Below are positions 31,168 to 39,804 of a stretch of DNA of 55,699 bases, one piece after another. Positions within the stretch are counted from its first letter, which is position 1. The number at the start of each line of letters is the position of its first letter. The translations under genes were made by a program, and so were the position numbers. Below the pieces are notes generated by a model. The model was not told where the DNA came from and did no database searches. It was given only the letters and a program-made list of their open reading frames with translations. Location of the stretch: positions 1-55,699 of the forward strand of contig CAAFRW010000234.1 of NCBI GenBank assembly GCA_900765575.1, read 5' to 3'. This DNA is from Bacteroidaceae bacterium. Its GTDB lineage: Bacteria; Bacteroidota; Bacteroidia; Bacteroidales; Bacteroidaceae.

Positions 31168-34100
31168 ATGAAATTAGTACTGGGTCTATTATGCAGTTTA
31201 TTCTTTCTTCAAGGATGGTCGCAAACGTCCGAAGAATGCTTAAAAATCCATCAGCAATGGATGAAAGAGCACATGCCGTCTCCCGCATCATTAAGCGACG
31301 AAGAATTAGTACGGCAAGCCTCCGATGCCGTATACTCTTTAGCCTACGAACCGGAAAACATCGCACTTATCCGCACTGCCGGAAAGTTCGACCCATCCTT
31401 AGCCGATTACGCCGCATTCAAAGAATTACGCACTCCGGACACAGGTTATAATCGGAAAAATGCCGCCTTAAAATGTTTAGCGGACGTTGCCCGCAACCGT
31501 TTTGGAGAAGACGCCTTCGTTACGATACATTGCCTATTCAATCAGGTTCAAAATTTGCTTGACACCGACCAAGAAGCTTCCTTTCTATTGATAAAGAAAT
31601 GCTGCGTCCTGCAAGAGAAAATCACAGCACACTCTCCCACAAACCGCAACAAAGAAGCCTTATACCTGTACCAGCTATATAGCATGTACCTCTCCAACCT
31701 GTTAACAGGAGACAATCCTCTCTTTTTCAAAGAACTCTTCCGGATAGAAAAAGAAGTGCTTGCCTTCTACGAAGGATGGGAAGAAAACACCTTATCTAAA
31801 GCGGATATCTACTCGATAATAGGATGCCTGAAAAATGCGACCTTGTATACGGCCATCTCCAATGACCTTTTCTGGGAAATGTTTCCCAACGGAAATAAGA
31901 TGGTGGCTTACAATGAAAACAACGACTATGTAAGCAATGCCTTTTCCTATCTTTCGGAAGCGCTCGATATCCGGAGGCAATTATTAAATCCTTATCATCC
32001 CGATTTGTCTTACGACAAAAGCAATCTATACTATTTCTTGATACAGCGAAGTCACCTGTTAACAGAGACAGAAAACACAAAGGAAGAGATAACACAGTTT
32101 TACAACTATTGCAAACTTTATTTCCCTGCCGAATCGCCTCATTTCATTTCGTGCCGCATGCTTTTATGGGAATCGAAAGCAGCTTTTGGAGAAGGTATCA
32201 GCGAAACCGCCTTTTACCAAAGCATGAAACGGGCACAAAAGAATATGTATGGCGAGTTGGGACAGAATTATCTCCATTTTCTGTGTCAGCTTTGCTTTCT
32301 ACGCGCCCGGACAGACACCAACGACGCCTTCCGCTTGGCTGAGGAATACAACAGCCTGGTAGAAAAGAAATACGCAAACAACCCGATTTTACAAGCGGAA
32401 TGGCTCTATTACCTACTGTCGTTTTACCAAAGCTTACCGGACAACACGCTGTTTACGGAGCTCACCAAGAAAACCTCCGATTTATATAAAGCCCATCATG
32501 CTCCAAACTGGCGTTCTATTACATTGGGCAAACAGATGGCCAATGATTACAACAACTACTTTATGAATTTCACGTTGGCTTGCGATATACAGGAAACAGT
32601 TCTACAAGATATAGAGAAACTGATTGGAACACATGTCCCCGTTTACTCTTACGAATATTTTATGTTAGGTACTTATATTCAATCCTTTGACATATCCAAA
32701 GCACTCCAGGTGTTCCCCCGCATTATTCAGAATTACGAAGAAAACCGGATGAACCCGATACAGCCCCTCTTATGGTATGCCGAGAGCCTGAATACATTAC
32801 CGGATAAGAAAAAGGAATGCGAGAAGGCATACTTGAAAGCGTTGGATGCTTGCGACAAACAAGATACCCTGTCTTATTCTTATTTACTGCTGAACTTAGG
32901 AAACCTCTATCTGTACAGCCAACAACGGGATGAGAAGAAGATTCATGCTACCTTTAAAAAGGCGATACCCTTATACTTGTCTCAAAAAGAAAAGACCGAT
33001 GCAGAAACCATACGCGGATTTCTTATGGTGGCGGACTACTATCACTACACACGTCAGTTAGAGTTGGAAGAGAAATATTTAATAGAAGGGAAAGAACGAT
33101 ATGAAACCGACTACGCCGTATACGACAACAATTACCTGCTCTTTATCAACACGCTGTTCAACTTTTATCTGTTCGACCTCAACCAAACAGACCAAGCGGA
33201 GCTACTCCTCGAAAGTCATATAGAGGATATACAAAGAAACTCCATGCTGGCCGTAACCTCCCAGTATCTCGATTTCTTATGGAACCGATACCTCCTTGCC
33301 ACCATCAAAACGCCGAACGACCTGATAAGGCTATTCCAAAACCTGTTCGCCATGATAGAGCCTACACAGAAATTATACGTTCAAAGTAACGAGAACCAAA
33401 CTATTATGTACACCTATCTGACGCGGATTTTCTGTGAAATATTCAACTACTGCAAATATTTAGATAAGGTAGAAAATACAGAAATACAACACTACACACC
33501 GGCACAATTGCAAGAATGGGAACAAGGTAAAGTCAATATCAAACAAGGCAAAGAGATTCTTCTTACATTAAAAGACGGATTCCCGACTTACGACCCGAAT
33601 TACCGACGAAACAACTATTACTACAACATTCTGGACGCATTGAGCAATTATTACGAATATGTAGAACATGATTATACCACTGCCTTACACTATTACCAGG
33701 AGAAATACAGCAGTGTATTGGCTAACGGAGAAAAAGAAAGAATCTCTGCTGCTCACCGGGATTTCGGCTATTTCTATTTCCGACAGGAAAAGTTTGAAAA
33801 AGCTTGTGAGGAATTGGAACAATACGAAAAGGATTTGGAAAAGAATCAAACAACAGATGCTTATGCCATCTTAAACACTACCAGTTGTTTAGCGAATTGT
33901 TACCTGGCGCTGCATAAATGGGAGCAGGCCCTTGAACCTTCCCGGAAATATTATCAGGCAGTAAAGAGACTCATAGACCTTAATTTCGACTACATGACGG
34001 AGAGTGAGCGAATTTTCTTCCTTGAAACCTATACGGATGGCGGAATGCTTCTGCAATATCTTTTATCCAAATTGCCTCAACAATTATCAGGCGATGTGTA

Positions 34101-35538
34101 TAACACCAGTTTGCATGGAAAAGGGTTGTTGCTCCGCTCGTGGGAACGTATTAGAAAGTCCATTTACCAATCGGGCAACACGGAACTGATAGCTGCGGTA
34201 GATTCCGTCGCAACCTTGCAACGACAACTGAAACTCATCAGTGCAGAGAACAAAAACTATACGGAATTCAGTCAAGAAGTATGGAACATCAGGGAAAAAA
34301 TAGAACGACTGGAGAAACAAATCGCACGGGAATCCACCCCTTATCGTCCAAAGAACCAAAAAGAAGTGGTTTGGACCGCCATCAAAGGTAAACTTAAAAA
34401 AGGAGAAGCCGCCATTGAGTTTGTGATGTCCGATTCATTAACCACGGCCTTAATCATTACAGCAGAATGTGAGCAGCCGCTATATGTACCACTGACCGAT
34501 GGTAACCATCTGTTCAATCAATTACAGACTTACATGGATTACCCGACCGACAAGCGGGCCGACTTACTATACAACCAAAAACAAATAGACCTTTATTCCC
34601 TTTTATGGAAGCCTTTGGAAGCGCATTTATCAAACATCTCTACCATCTACTACTCGCCTTCCGGATACTTGAATCTGTTATCGTTCCCTGCCTTTCAGAT
34701 GGAAGACGGACGCTACTTAATGGATAAATACAAACTTTATCAGTTAACGACAACAGCGGAGATTGTTTACGAAAGAACGGAAACGGCGCCGACTTCCGGC
34801 ATTCTATTCGGCGGCATCTATTACAGTCCGGAGCAAGAAGAAGAAGCCCAAAGTGGAAAACGGGGAAGAGGCGCGATGGATGTGGCTTTCGGTTACCTTG
34901 CCAACACAAGCAATGAAACAGACCACATCAGTCAACTGATGCATGAAAAACAGTTGAAGCAAGTAAAACTATATAAAGGGGCACAGGCTACGGAACAGAA
35001 TTTCAACCAGTTAAACGGAAATAGCCCGAGCATCATTCACTTAGCCACTCATGGTTTCTTTATTGAGAAAGAAGAAGATATCAAAGAGAATCGCTTCTTA
35101 CAACGCTTCCCGAATGCAAATTACGTATCGATGCAACGTGCGGGATTAGCTTTCGTAGGAGCGAATGCCGCTTGGGAAGGAAATGAAGCTCCGGAAAATG
35201 AAGACGGAATTCTCACCGCAAATGAACTCTCATTAATCAATCTGGAGAACACAGACCTGGTCGTATTGTCTGCCTGCGAAACGGCTTTAGGACTCTACAG
35301 CCAGGAAGGAGTCTTCGGGCTGCAAAGGGGATTCAAGCAAGCCGGCGTACACTCGCTGATTGTCAGCCTGTGGAGTGTAGACGATTTATCCACCTCTACC
35401 CTTATGCAGAAATTTTATGAGCTTTGGCTGAACGGAATGAACAAGCATGATGCCTTTGAACAAGCCATCAAAGAGGTACGTAAGGTCTATAAGAACCCCT
35501 ATTATTGGGCACCGTTTGTTTTGCTGGATGCCATATAG
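31168..35538 (+). CDS. Large exported TPR-CHAT protease, 1456 aa
   Basis: Signal peptide GWS|Q, about 1000 aa helical/TPR-like region, HLATHG (His at 35050), LSACETA (Cys at 35275), SLWSVDD, YYWAPF. Confidence 0.93.
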   Translation: MKLVLGLLCSLFFLQGWSQTSEECLKIHQQWMKEHMPSPASLSDEELVRQASDAVYSLAYEPENIALIRTAGKFDPSLADYAAFKELRTPDTGYNRKNAALKCLADVARNRFGEDAFVTIHCLFNQVQNLLDTDQEASFLLIKKCCVLQEKITAHSPTNRNKEALYLYQLYSMYLSNLLTGDNPLFFKELFRIEKEVLAFYEGWEENTLSKADIYSIIGCLKNATLYTAISNDLFWEMFPNGNKMVAYNENNDYVSNAFSYLSEALDIRRQLLNPYHPDLSYDKSNLYYFLIQRSHLLTETENTKEEITQFYNYCKLYFPAESPHFISCRMLLWESKAAFGEGISETAFYQSMKRAQKNMYGELGQNYLHFLCQLCFLRARTDTNDAFRLAEEYNSLVEKKYANNPILQAEWLYYLLSFYQSLPDNTLFTELTKKTSDLYKAHHAPNWRSITLGKQMANDYNNYFMNFTLACDIQETVLQDIEKLIGTHVPVYSYEYFMLGTYIQSFDISKALQVFPRIIQNYEENRMNPIQPLLWYAESLNTLPDKKKECEKAYLKALDACDKQDTLSYSYLLLNLGNLYLYSQQRDEKKIHATFKKAIPLYLSQKEKTDAETIRGFLMVADYYHYTRQLELEEKYLIEGKERYETDYAVYDNNYLLFINTLFNFYLFDLNQTDQAELLLESHIEDIQRNSMLAVTSQYLDFLWNRYLLATIKTPNDLIRLFQNLFAMIEPTQKLYVQSNENQTIMYTYLTRIFCEIFNYCKYLDKVENTEIQHYTPAQLQEWEQGKVNIKQGKEILLTLKDGFPTYDPNYRRNNYYYNILDALSNYYEYVEHDYTTALHYYQEKYSSVLANGEKERISAAHRDFGYFYFRQEKFEKACEELEQYEKDLEKNQTTDAYAILNTTSCLANCYLALHKWEQALEPSRKYYQAVKRLIDLNFDYMTESERIFFLETYTDGGMLLQYLLSKLPQQLSGDVYNTSLHGKGLLLRSWERIRKSIYQSGNTELIAAVDSVATLQRQLKLISAENKNYTEFSQEVWNIREKIERLEKQIARESTPYRPKNQKEVVWTAIKGKLKKGEAAIEFVMSDSLTTALIITAECEQPLYVPLTDGNHLFNQLQTYMDYPTDKRADLLYNQKQIDLYSLLWKPLEAHLSNISTIYYSPSGYLNLLSFPAFQMEDGRYLMDKYKLYQLTTTAEIVYERTETAPTSGILFGGIYYSPEQEEEAQSGKRGRGAMDVAFGYLANTSNETDHISQLMHEKQLKQVKLYKGAQATEQNFNQLNGNSPSIIHLATHGFFIEKEEDIKENRFLQRFPNANYVSMQRAGLAFVGANAAWEGNEAPENEDGILTANELSLINLENTDLVVLSACETALGLYSQEGVFGLQRGFKQAGVHSLIVSLWSVDDLSTSTLMQKFYELWLNGMNKHDAFEQAIKEVRKVYKNPYYWAPFVLLDAI

Positions 35539-35566
35539 CCTACACCGGAAAAGCGCTCGCTCCGTA

Positions 35567-36547
35567 TTAATTAATCACCCACTCCTTCCGATACGGCTGA
35601 GTTTTTTGAGGGTCGTAATGCAAGGCGGCAGAATCAGGGATAGAAAGCGTATAGACTTTCCTTCCTTTATTATGTAATGAATATTCGCGTAACCAGGGAT
35701 TCGCCTCTTTGAGCTGGGAGACAGTCAGTCCGTACTTTTTCGCAAAAGAGGCCAGATTGGTAATGGTAGTATCCACTTTCACTTCCTTAGAAGGAATAAT
35801 GGGATACAGATTCTCCTTCTTTAAAAGGAAACCATATCGGGAAGGATTCTTAAAGACCTCTTTCACAGCCAGTATACGAAACATATAACGGGAGGTTTCC
35901 GGAACGAGCCACAAATCGGTTGCTTTACTTACCTGTTGCCGGTTCAGCTCCTGACTGATACGACCTTGTCCCGCATTATAACTGGCTGCCACCGTCAGCC
36001 AATCGCCATACTTGACGTAAGCATCTTTCAAATAGCGGCAAGCGGCACGAGTCGCTTTTTCTATATGATATCGCTCGTCTACATTTGTATTCACCTCCAG
36101 CCCGTAATCACGTCCCGTTCCTTCCATAAATTGCCACAGCCCGGAAGCCTTTGCCGGAGAGCGCGCCAACATATCCAAGTTACTCTCTATAGTCATTAAA
36201 TACTTAAAATCATCAGGCACTCCCTCTTCCTTCAAGATAGGTTCCACCACCGGAAAGAAACGGTTAGCCCGTTTAATAGTGAGCATCGTGGTAGAATGCA
36301 TATAGGTGAAGGCCGACAATTCCCGGTCCATCCGTTCGCGCATATCCGCCCGGGTTAACGAAATAGTTTCTCCGGCAAACTCCGTTTGCGCCGGTACGGA
36401 AGGAGAAGCAACACAATAAGGTACTTCCGATTTGGGGGAATGATTATCATCCTGACTTTCGTGCGACATACAAAACGGTACGCAGACACAGATGCCTACA
36501 AGAGCCAAAGGCGATAAAATATGTTTAATATTAAATTTCTTCATCAT
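35567..36547 (-). CDS. Lytic transglycosylase (SLT domain, MltD-like, LysM-like C-terminus)
   Basis: IES catalytic motif, ASGLWQFM, ASYNAG, PETSRY, LKEANPWL. Confidence 0.9.
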   Translation of the reverse strand: MMKKFNIKHILSPLALVGICVCVPFCMSHESQDDNHSPKSEVPYCVASPSVPAQTEFAGETISLTRADMRERMDRELSAFTYMHSTTMLTIKRANRFFPVVEPILKEEGVPDDFKYLMTIESNLDMLARSPAKASGLWQFMEGTGRDYGLEVNTNVDERYHIEKATRAACRYLKDAYVKYGDWLTVAASYNAGQGRISQELNRQQVSKATDLWLVPETSRYMFRILAVKEVFKNPSRYGFLLKKENLYPIIPSKEVKVDTTITNLASFAKKYGLTVSQLKEANPWLREYSLHNKGRKVYTLSIPDSAALHYDPQKTQPYRKEWVIN

Positions 36548-36794
36548 TCAATCTTTAAAGAATATCATTTTATGTTTGTTATGTATACGAAGCTATAAAT
36601 GGTTATCGCTCCGTATCAAATCCATCCGCTTTTAAAAGCCTGACGGCCTTCTTTAAACTCTACCGTTAAAGAACTATCGGCTTTCCTTTCTCCCACTTTG
36701 TATGCTCATCAAGCTACCACGCAAGAAGACTTTCTTTTCACTCTTAACCGGAGTGCAGAGAAGCGATAACCCTCTTTTCAAGTTTTATTTCATG

Positions 36795-36802
36795 CAAAAG
36801 TA
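36795..36802 (-). promoter_or_regulatory. -7 element (TACTTTTG), probably for the lytic transglycosylase
   Basis: TAnnTTTG match in the divergent intergenic region. Confidence 0.5.
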
Positions 36803-36891
36803 GTTTTTTAAGCCTAATAATCGGTTATTTTTTTGATTAACCTGCATTTTTTCCGTTTCTTTGCAGATATTAAATAACTTAGCGCACAGAA

Positions 36892-37788
36892 ATGAGCCCT
36901 TTGAACTTCACGCACATTTTGACACAAGCAGTAGATGAACTTTCGGAAAGCGCATCGTATCAAGGTCTATTCCACCAACATAAAGATGGTGACCCGCTTC
37001 CTTCTGCCAAAATCTTACGTAAAATCATCGAACTGACCCGTTCCATTCTTTTTCCGGGATATTACGGAAACTCCACGGTAAATAGTCGTACCATTAACTA
37101 TCATATTGGAGTGAACATCGAAAACCTGTTCAACTTACTGACCGAACAGATTCAGGCCGGCCTCTGTTTTGCCTGCGACGAGAAAGAAGAGGACGAAGAG
37201 AAACAGGTTGAAATCAGAGAGGAAGCCGCAAATCTGGCAGCAAGGTTTATCAGCAAATTGCCCGAAATGCGACGCATCCTGGCTACCGATGTGGAGGCCG
37301 CTTACAACGGTGACCCTGCCGCAACGGATTTCGGCGAGGTAATTAGCTGCTACCCCGTTATCAAAGCGTTAAGTAATTACCGTATGGCTCACGAACTGCT
37401 GAAGCTGGGCGTACCGCTAATTCCCCGCATCATTACGGAAATGGCCCATTCCGAAACGGGGATAGATATTCATCCGGGAGCAAAGATAGGGCATCATTTC
37501 ACCATCGACCACGGTACGGGTGTGGTTATCGGTGCCACGGCCATCATAGGAAACAATGTAAAGCTGTATCAGGGCGTCACATTGGGAGCCAAAAGTTTCC
37601 CATTAGACGATAGCGGCAACCCTATCAAAGGAAATCCGCGCCATCCCATTCTCGAAGATGATGTGATTGTCTACTCCAATGCAACCATTCTTGGACGCAT
37701 CACAATAGGAAAAGGCGCTACCATCGGCGGTAACATCTGGGTAACGGAAGATGTACCTGCCGGAGCTAAAATAGTACAGAAGAAATAA
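36892..37788 (+). CDS. cysE: Serine O-acetyltransferase
   Basis: GDPAA, TGIDIHPGA, IDHGTGVVIG, LYQGVTLG, RHP hexapeptide region. Confidence 0.93.
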   Translation: MSPLNFTHILTQAVDELSESASYQGLFHQHKDGDPLPSAKILRKIIELTRSILFPGYYGNSTVNSRTINYHIGVNIENLFNLLTEQIQAGLCFACDEKEEDEEKQVEIREEAANLAARFISKLPEMRRILATDVEAAYNGDPAATDFGEVISCYPVIKALSNYRMAHELLKLGVPLIPRIITEMAHSETGIDIHPGAKIGHHFTIDHGTGVVIGATAIIGNNVKLYQGVTLGAKSFPLDDSGNPIKGNPRHPILEDDVIVYSNATILGRITIGKGATIGGNIWVTEDVPAGAKIVQKK

Positions 37789-37863
37789 TAAGCACGAATA
37801 AGAACAAACCGGGACAAACGCCCTGCGCAATGAACATTGCCAAAAAGAAATAACAAACAATAT

Positions 37864-39804
37864 ATGGAAGAATTTGAGTTGATAGCCAAGACTTTTCAGG
37901 GACTGGAAGAAGTGCTGGCAAAAGAATTAACCGCATTGGGAGCAAACAACATTGAGATAGGCCGCCGCATGGTGTCTTTTTCAGGAGATAAAGAGATGAT
38001 GTATCGGGCTAACTTCGCTCTGCGCACGGCAATCCGCATCCTGAAACCTATCAAACACTTCACCGCCAACAGTGCCGACGAGGTGTACGAGGCCATAAAA
38101 GCCATCGAATGGGAACAATACATGGACAATAAGATGAGCTTTGCCATCGATGCGGTAGTCTTCTCCGATGAATTCCGCCATTCCAAGTTTGTAGCTTACA
38201 AAGTAAAGGATGCCATTGTCGATTACTTCAGAGAGAAGACCGGTGAGCGTCCTTCGGTCCGCATCAACAAACCGGATTTAGCTTTAAACATCCATATTGC
38301 ACAAAACAAATGTACGCTATCGCTCGACAGCTCGGGCGAATCATTGCATCGCCGCGGTTACCGTCAGGAAGCGGTAGAAGCTCCCCTGAACGAGGTATTG
38401 GCTGCCGGTATGATTCTACTTACCGGATGGCAGGGCGAATGCGATTTGATAGACCCGATGTGCGGTTCGGGTACCATTCCCATTGAAGCGGCTCTGATTG
38501 CGCGCAACATTGCGCCGGGTGTGTTCCGCAAGGAATTTGCTTTTGAAAAGTGGAACGACTTCGACCAGGAACTCTTCGACAAGATATACAACGACGACTC
38601 ACAAGAGCGGGAGTTTACCCACAAGATATATGGCTACGACAACAGTCCGCAGGCGAATGAGATTGCTATGCACAACATCAAAGCAGCAGGGGTAACCAAA
38701 GATGTCGTATTAAAACTGCAACCTTTCCAGCAATTTGAAACTCCGGAAGAGAAATCGATACTTATCACCAATCCGCCTTACGGAGAACGTATTTCTACGA
38801 ACGATTTGCTGGGTCTTTACCAAATGATAGGAGAACGGTTAAAGCATGCATTCACCGACAACGATGCCTGGATATTGAGTTACCGGACAGAATGTTTCGA
38901 CCAGATTGCGTTAAAACCTTCGGCTAAAATACCTCTCTTCAACGGCGCACTGGAATGTGAATTCCGCAAATACCAGATATTCAGCGGTAAATACAAAGAG
39001 TACCGCCAGAACAATGAAGAAGAATCCGGTTCCAACGGAGAACAGGGCGAGAATGGCGGAGAGCGGAAAGAAAGACGCGAATACGCCTCCAACCGGAACA
39101 ACGAAGGCGAAGGTGAACGCCGCTTCGACAAAGGAGAAGAGGATACAGAAGGAGGAGAGCGAAAATACGTCCGGAAGGAACGGAGCTTTGATAGAAAAGA
39201 ACGTTCGTTCGGAGACGGAGAACGCAAATATGAAAGACGCGAACGCTCATTCGATAATGACCGTAAACGCGACGGACAGAAACGTTCGTTCGATAGAGGA
39301 GAGCACAGCACGGACAGAAGGGAACGGAGAACCGACGCCGGTTCCGACAGAAGAGGACGCTCATTCGGAGACAGAGAACGCAAATACGAAAGACGTGAAC
39401 GCTCAGCCGGAGATGGAGAACGCAAGTATGAAAGACGCGAACGTTCAGCCGGAGACGGAGAACGCAAATACGAAAGACGTGAACGTTCAACCGGAGATGG
39501 AGAACGCAAGTACGAAAGACGCGAACGTTCTACCGGAGACGGAGAACGGAAGTATGAAAGACGCGAACGTTCGTTCGATAGAGGAGAGCGCGGTACGGAC
39601 AGAAGAGAACGGAGAACTGACGCTGGTTCCGACAGAAGAGGACGCTCATTTGGAGACCGTGAACGCAAATATGAAAAGCGTGAACGTCCAACCGACAGTA
39701 GCCGCCCAGCAGGCAGACGTACCCGAATATCATCGAAAGAGGTACGGGATACAGACTCAACAAAATCTTACGATAAAAACCAAAGCTATGAAAAAGAAGA
39801 CTAA
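37864..39804 (+). CDS. THUMP-domain SAM-dependent RNA methyltransferase (RlmL-like) with a long Arg/Glu repeat tail
   Basis: GLEEVLAKEL, SLHRRGYR, APLNEVLAAG, DPMCGSGT, NPPYGER; ATG at 37864. Confidence 0.9.
   Translation: MEEFELIAKTFQGLEEVLAKELTALGANNIEIGRRMVSFSGDKEMMYRANFALRTAIRILKPIKHFTANSADEVYEAIKAIEWEQYMDNKMSFAIDAVVFSDEFRHSKFVAYKVKDAIVDYFREKTGERPSVRINKPDLALNIHIAQNKCTLSLDSSGESLHRRGYRQEAVEAPLNEVLAAGMILLTGWQGECDLIDPMCGSGTIPIEAALIARNIAPGVFRKEFAFEKWNDFDQELFDKIYNDDSQEREFTHKIYGYDNSPQANEIAMHNIKAAGVTKDVVLKLQPFQQFETPEEKSILITNPPYGERISTNDLLGLYQMIGERLKHAFTDNDAWILSYRTECFDQIALKPSAKIPLFNGALECEFRKYQIFSGKYKEYRQNNEEESGSNGEQGENGGERKERREYASNRNNEGEGERRFDKGEEDTEGGERKYVRKERSFDRKERSFGDGERKYERRERSFDNDRKRDGQKRSFDRGEHSTDRRERRTDAGSDRRGRSFGDRERKYERRERSAGDGERKYERRERSAGDGERKYERRERSTGDGERKYERRERSTGDGERKYERRERSFDRGERGTDRRERRTDAGSDRRGRSFGDRERKYEKRERPTDSSRPAGRRTRISSKEVRDTDSTKSYDKNQSYEKED
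39367..39576 (+). repeat. Coding 42-bp tandem repeat (GDGERKYERRERSx, 5 copies)
   Basis: Units at 39367, 39409, 39451, 39493 and 39535; extra copies at 39211 and 39652. Confidence 0.92.

Noticed and set aside
27185..35538. Craspase (type III-E CRISPR) or Avs/NLR-type system
   Set aside because: No Cas7-11, Csx30/31, array or STAND NTPase motifs; the proteases carry signal peptides
26526..35538. Type IX secretion of the operon proteins
   Set aside because: No T9SS C-terminal domain is visible; both proteases end right after the CHAT domain, so a periplasmic location is the default inference
23450..35566. Defined mobile element or genomic island with att sites
   Set aside because: No integrase, transposase, tRNA or flanking direct repeats found by eye; accessory status is inferred from gene content only
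38880..39763. Antisense Ser/Arg/Pro-rich ORFs (262, 169 and 77 aa) and other short overlapping ORFs in the track
   Set aside because: They are shadows of repeats or of well-supported genes on other frames, with no independent signals
38957..39787. 1040-aa ORF suggesting a large N-terminal extension or fusion on the S9 peptidase
   Set aside because: The extension is an alternative frame of the stop-poor methyltransferase repeat; a clear signal peptide starts at ATG 39788
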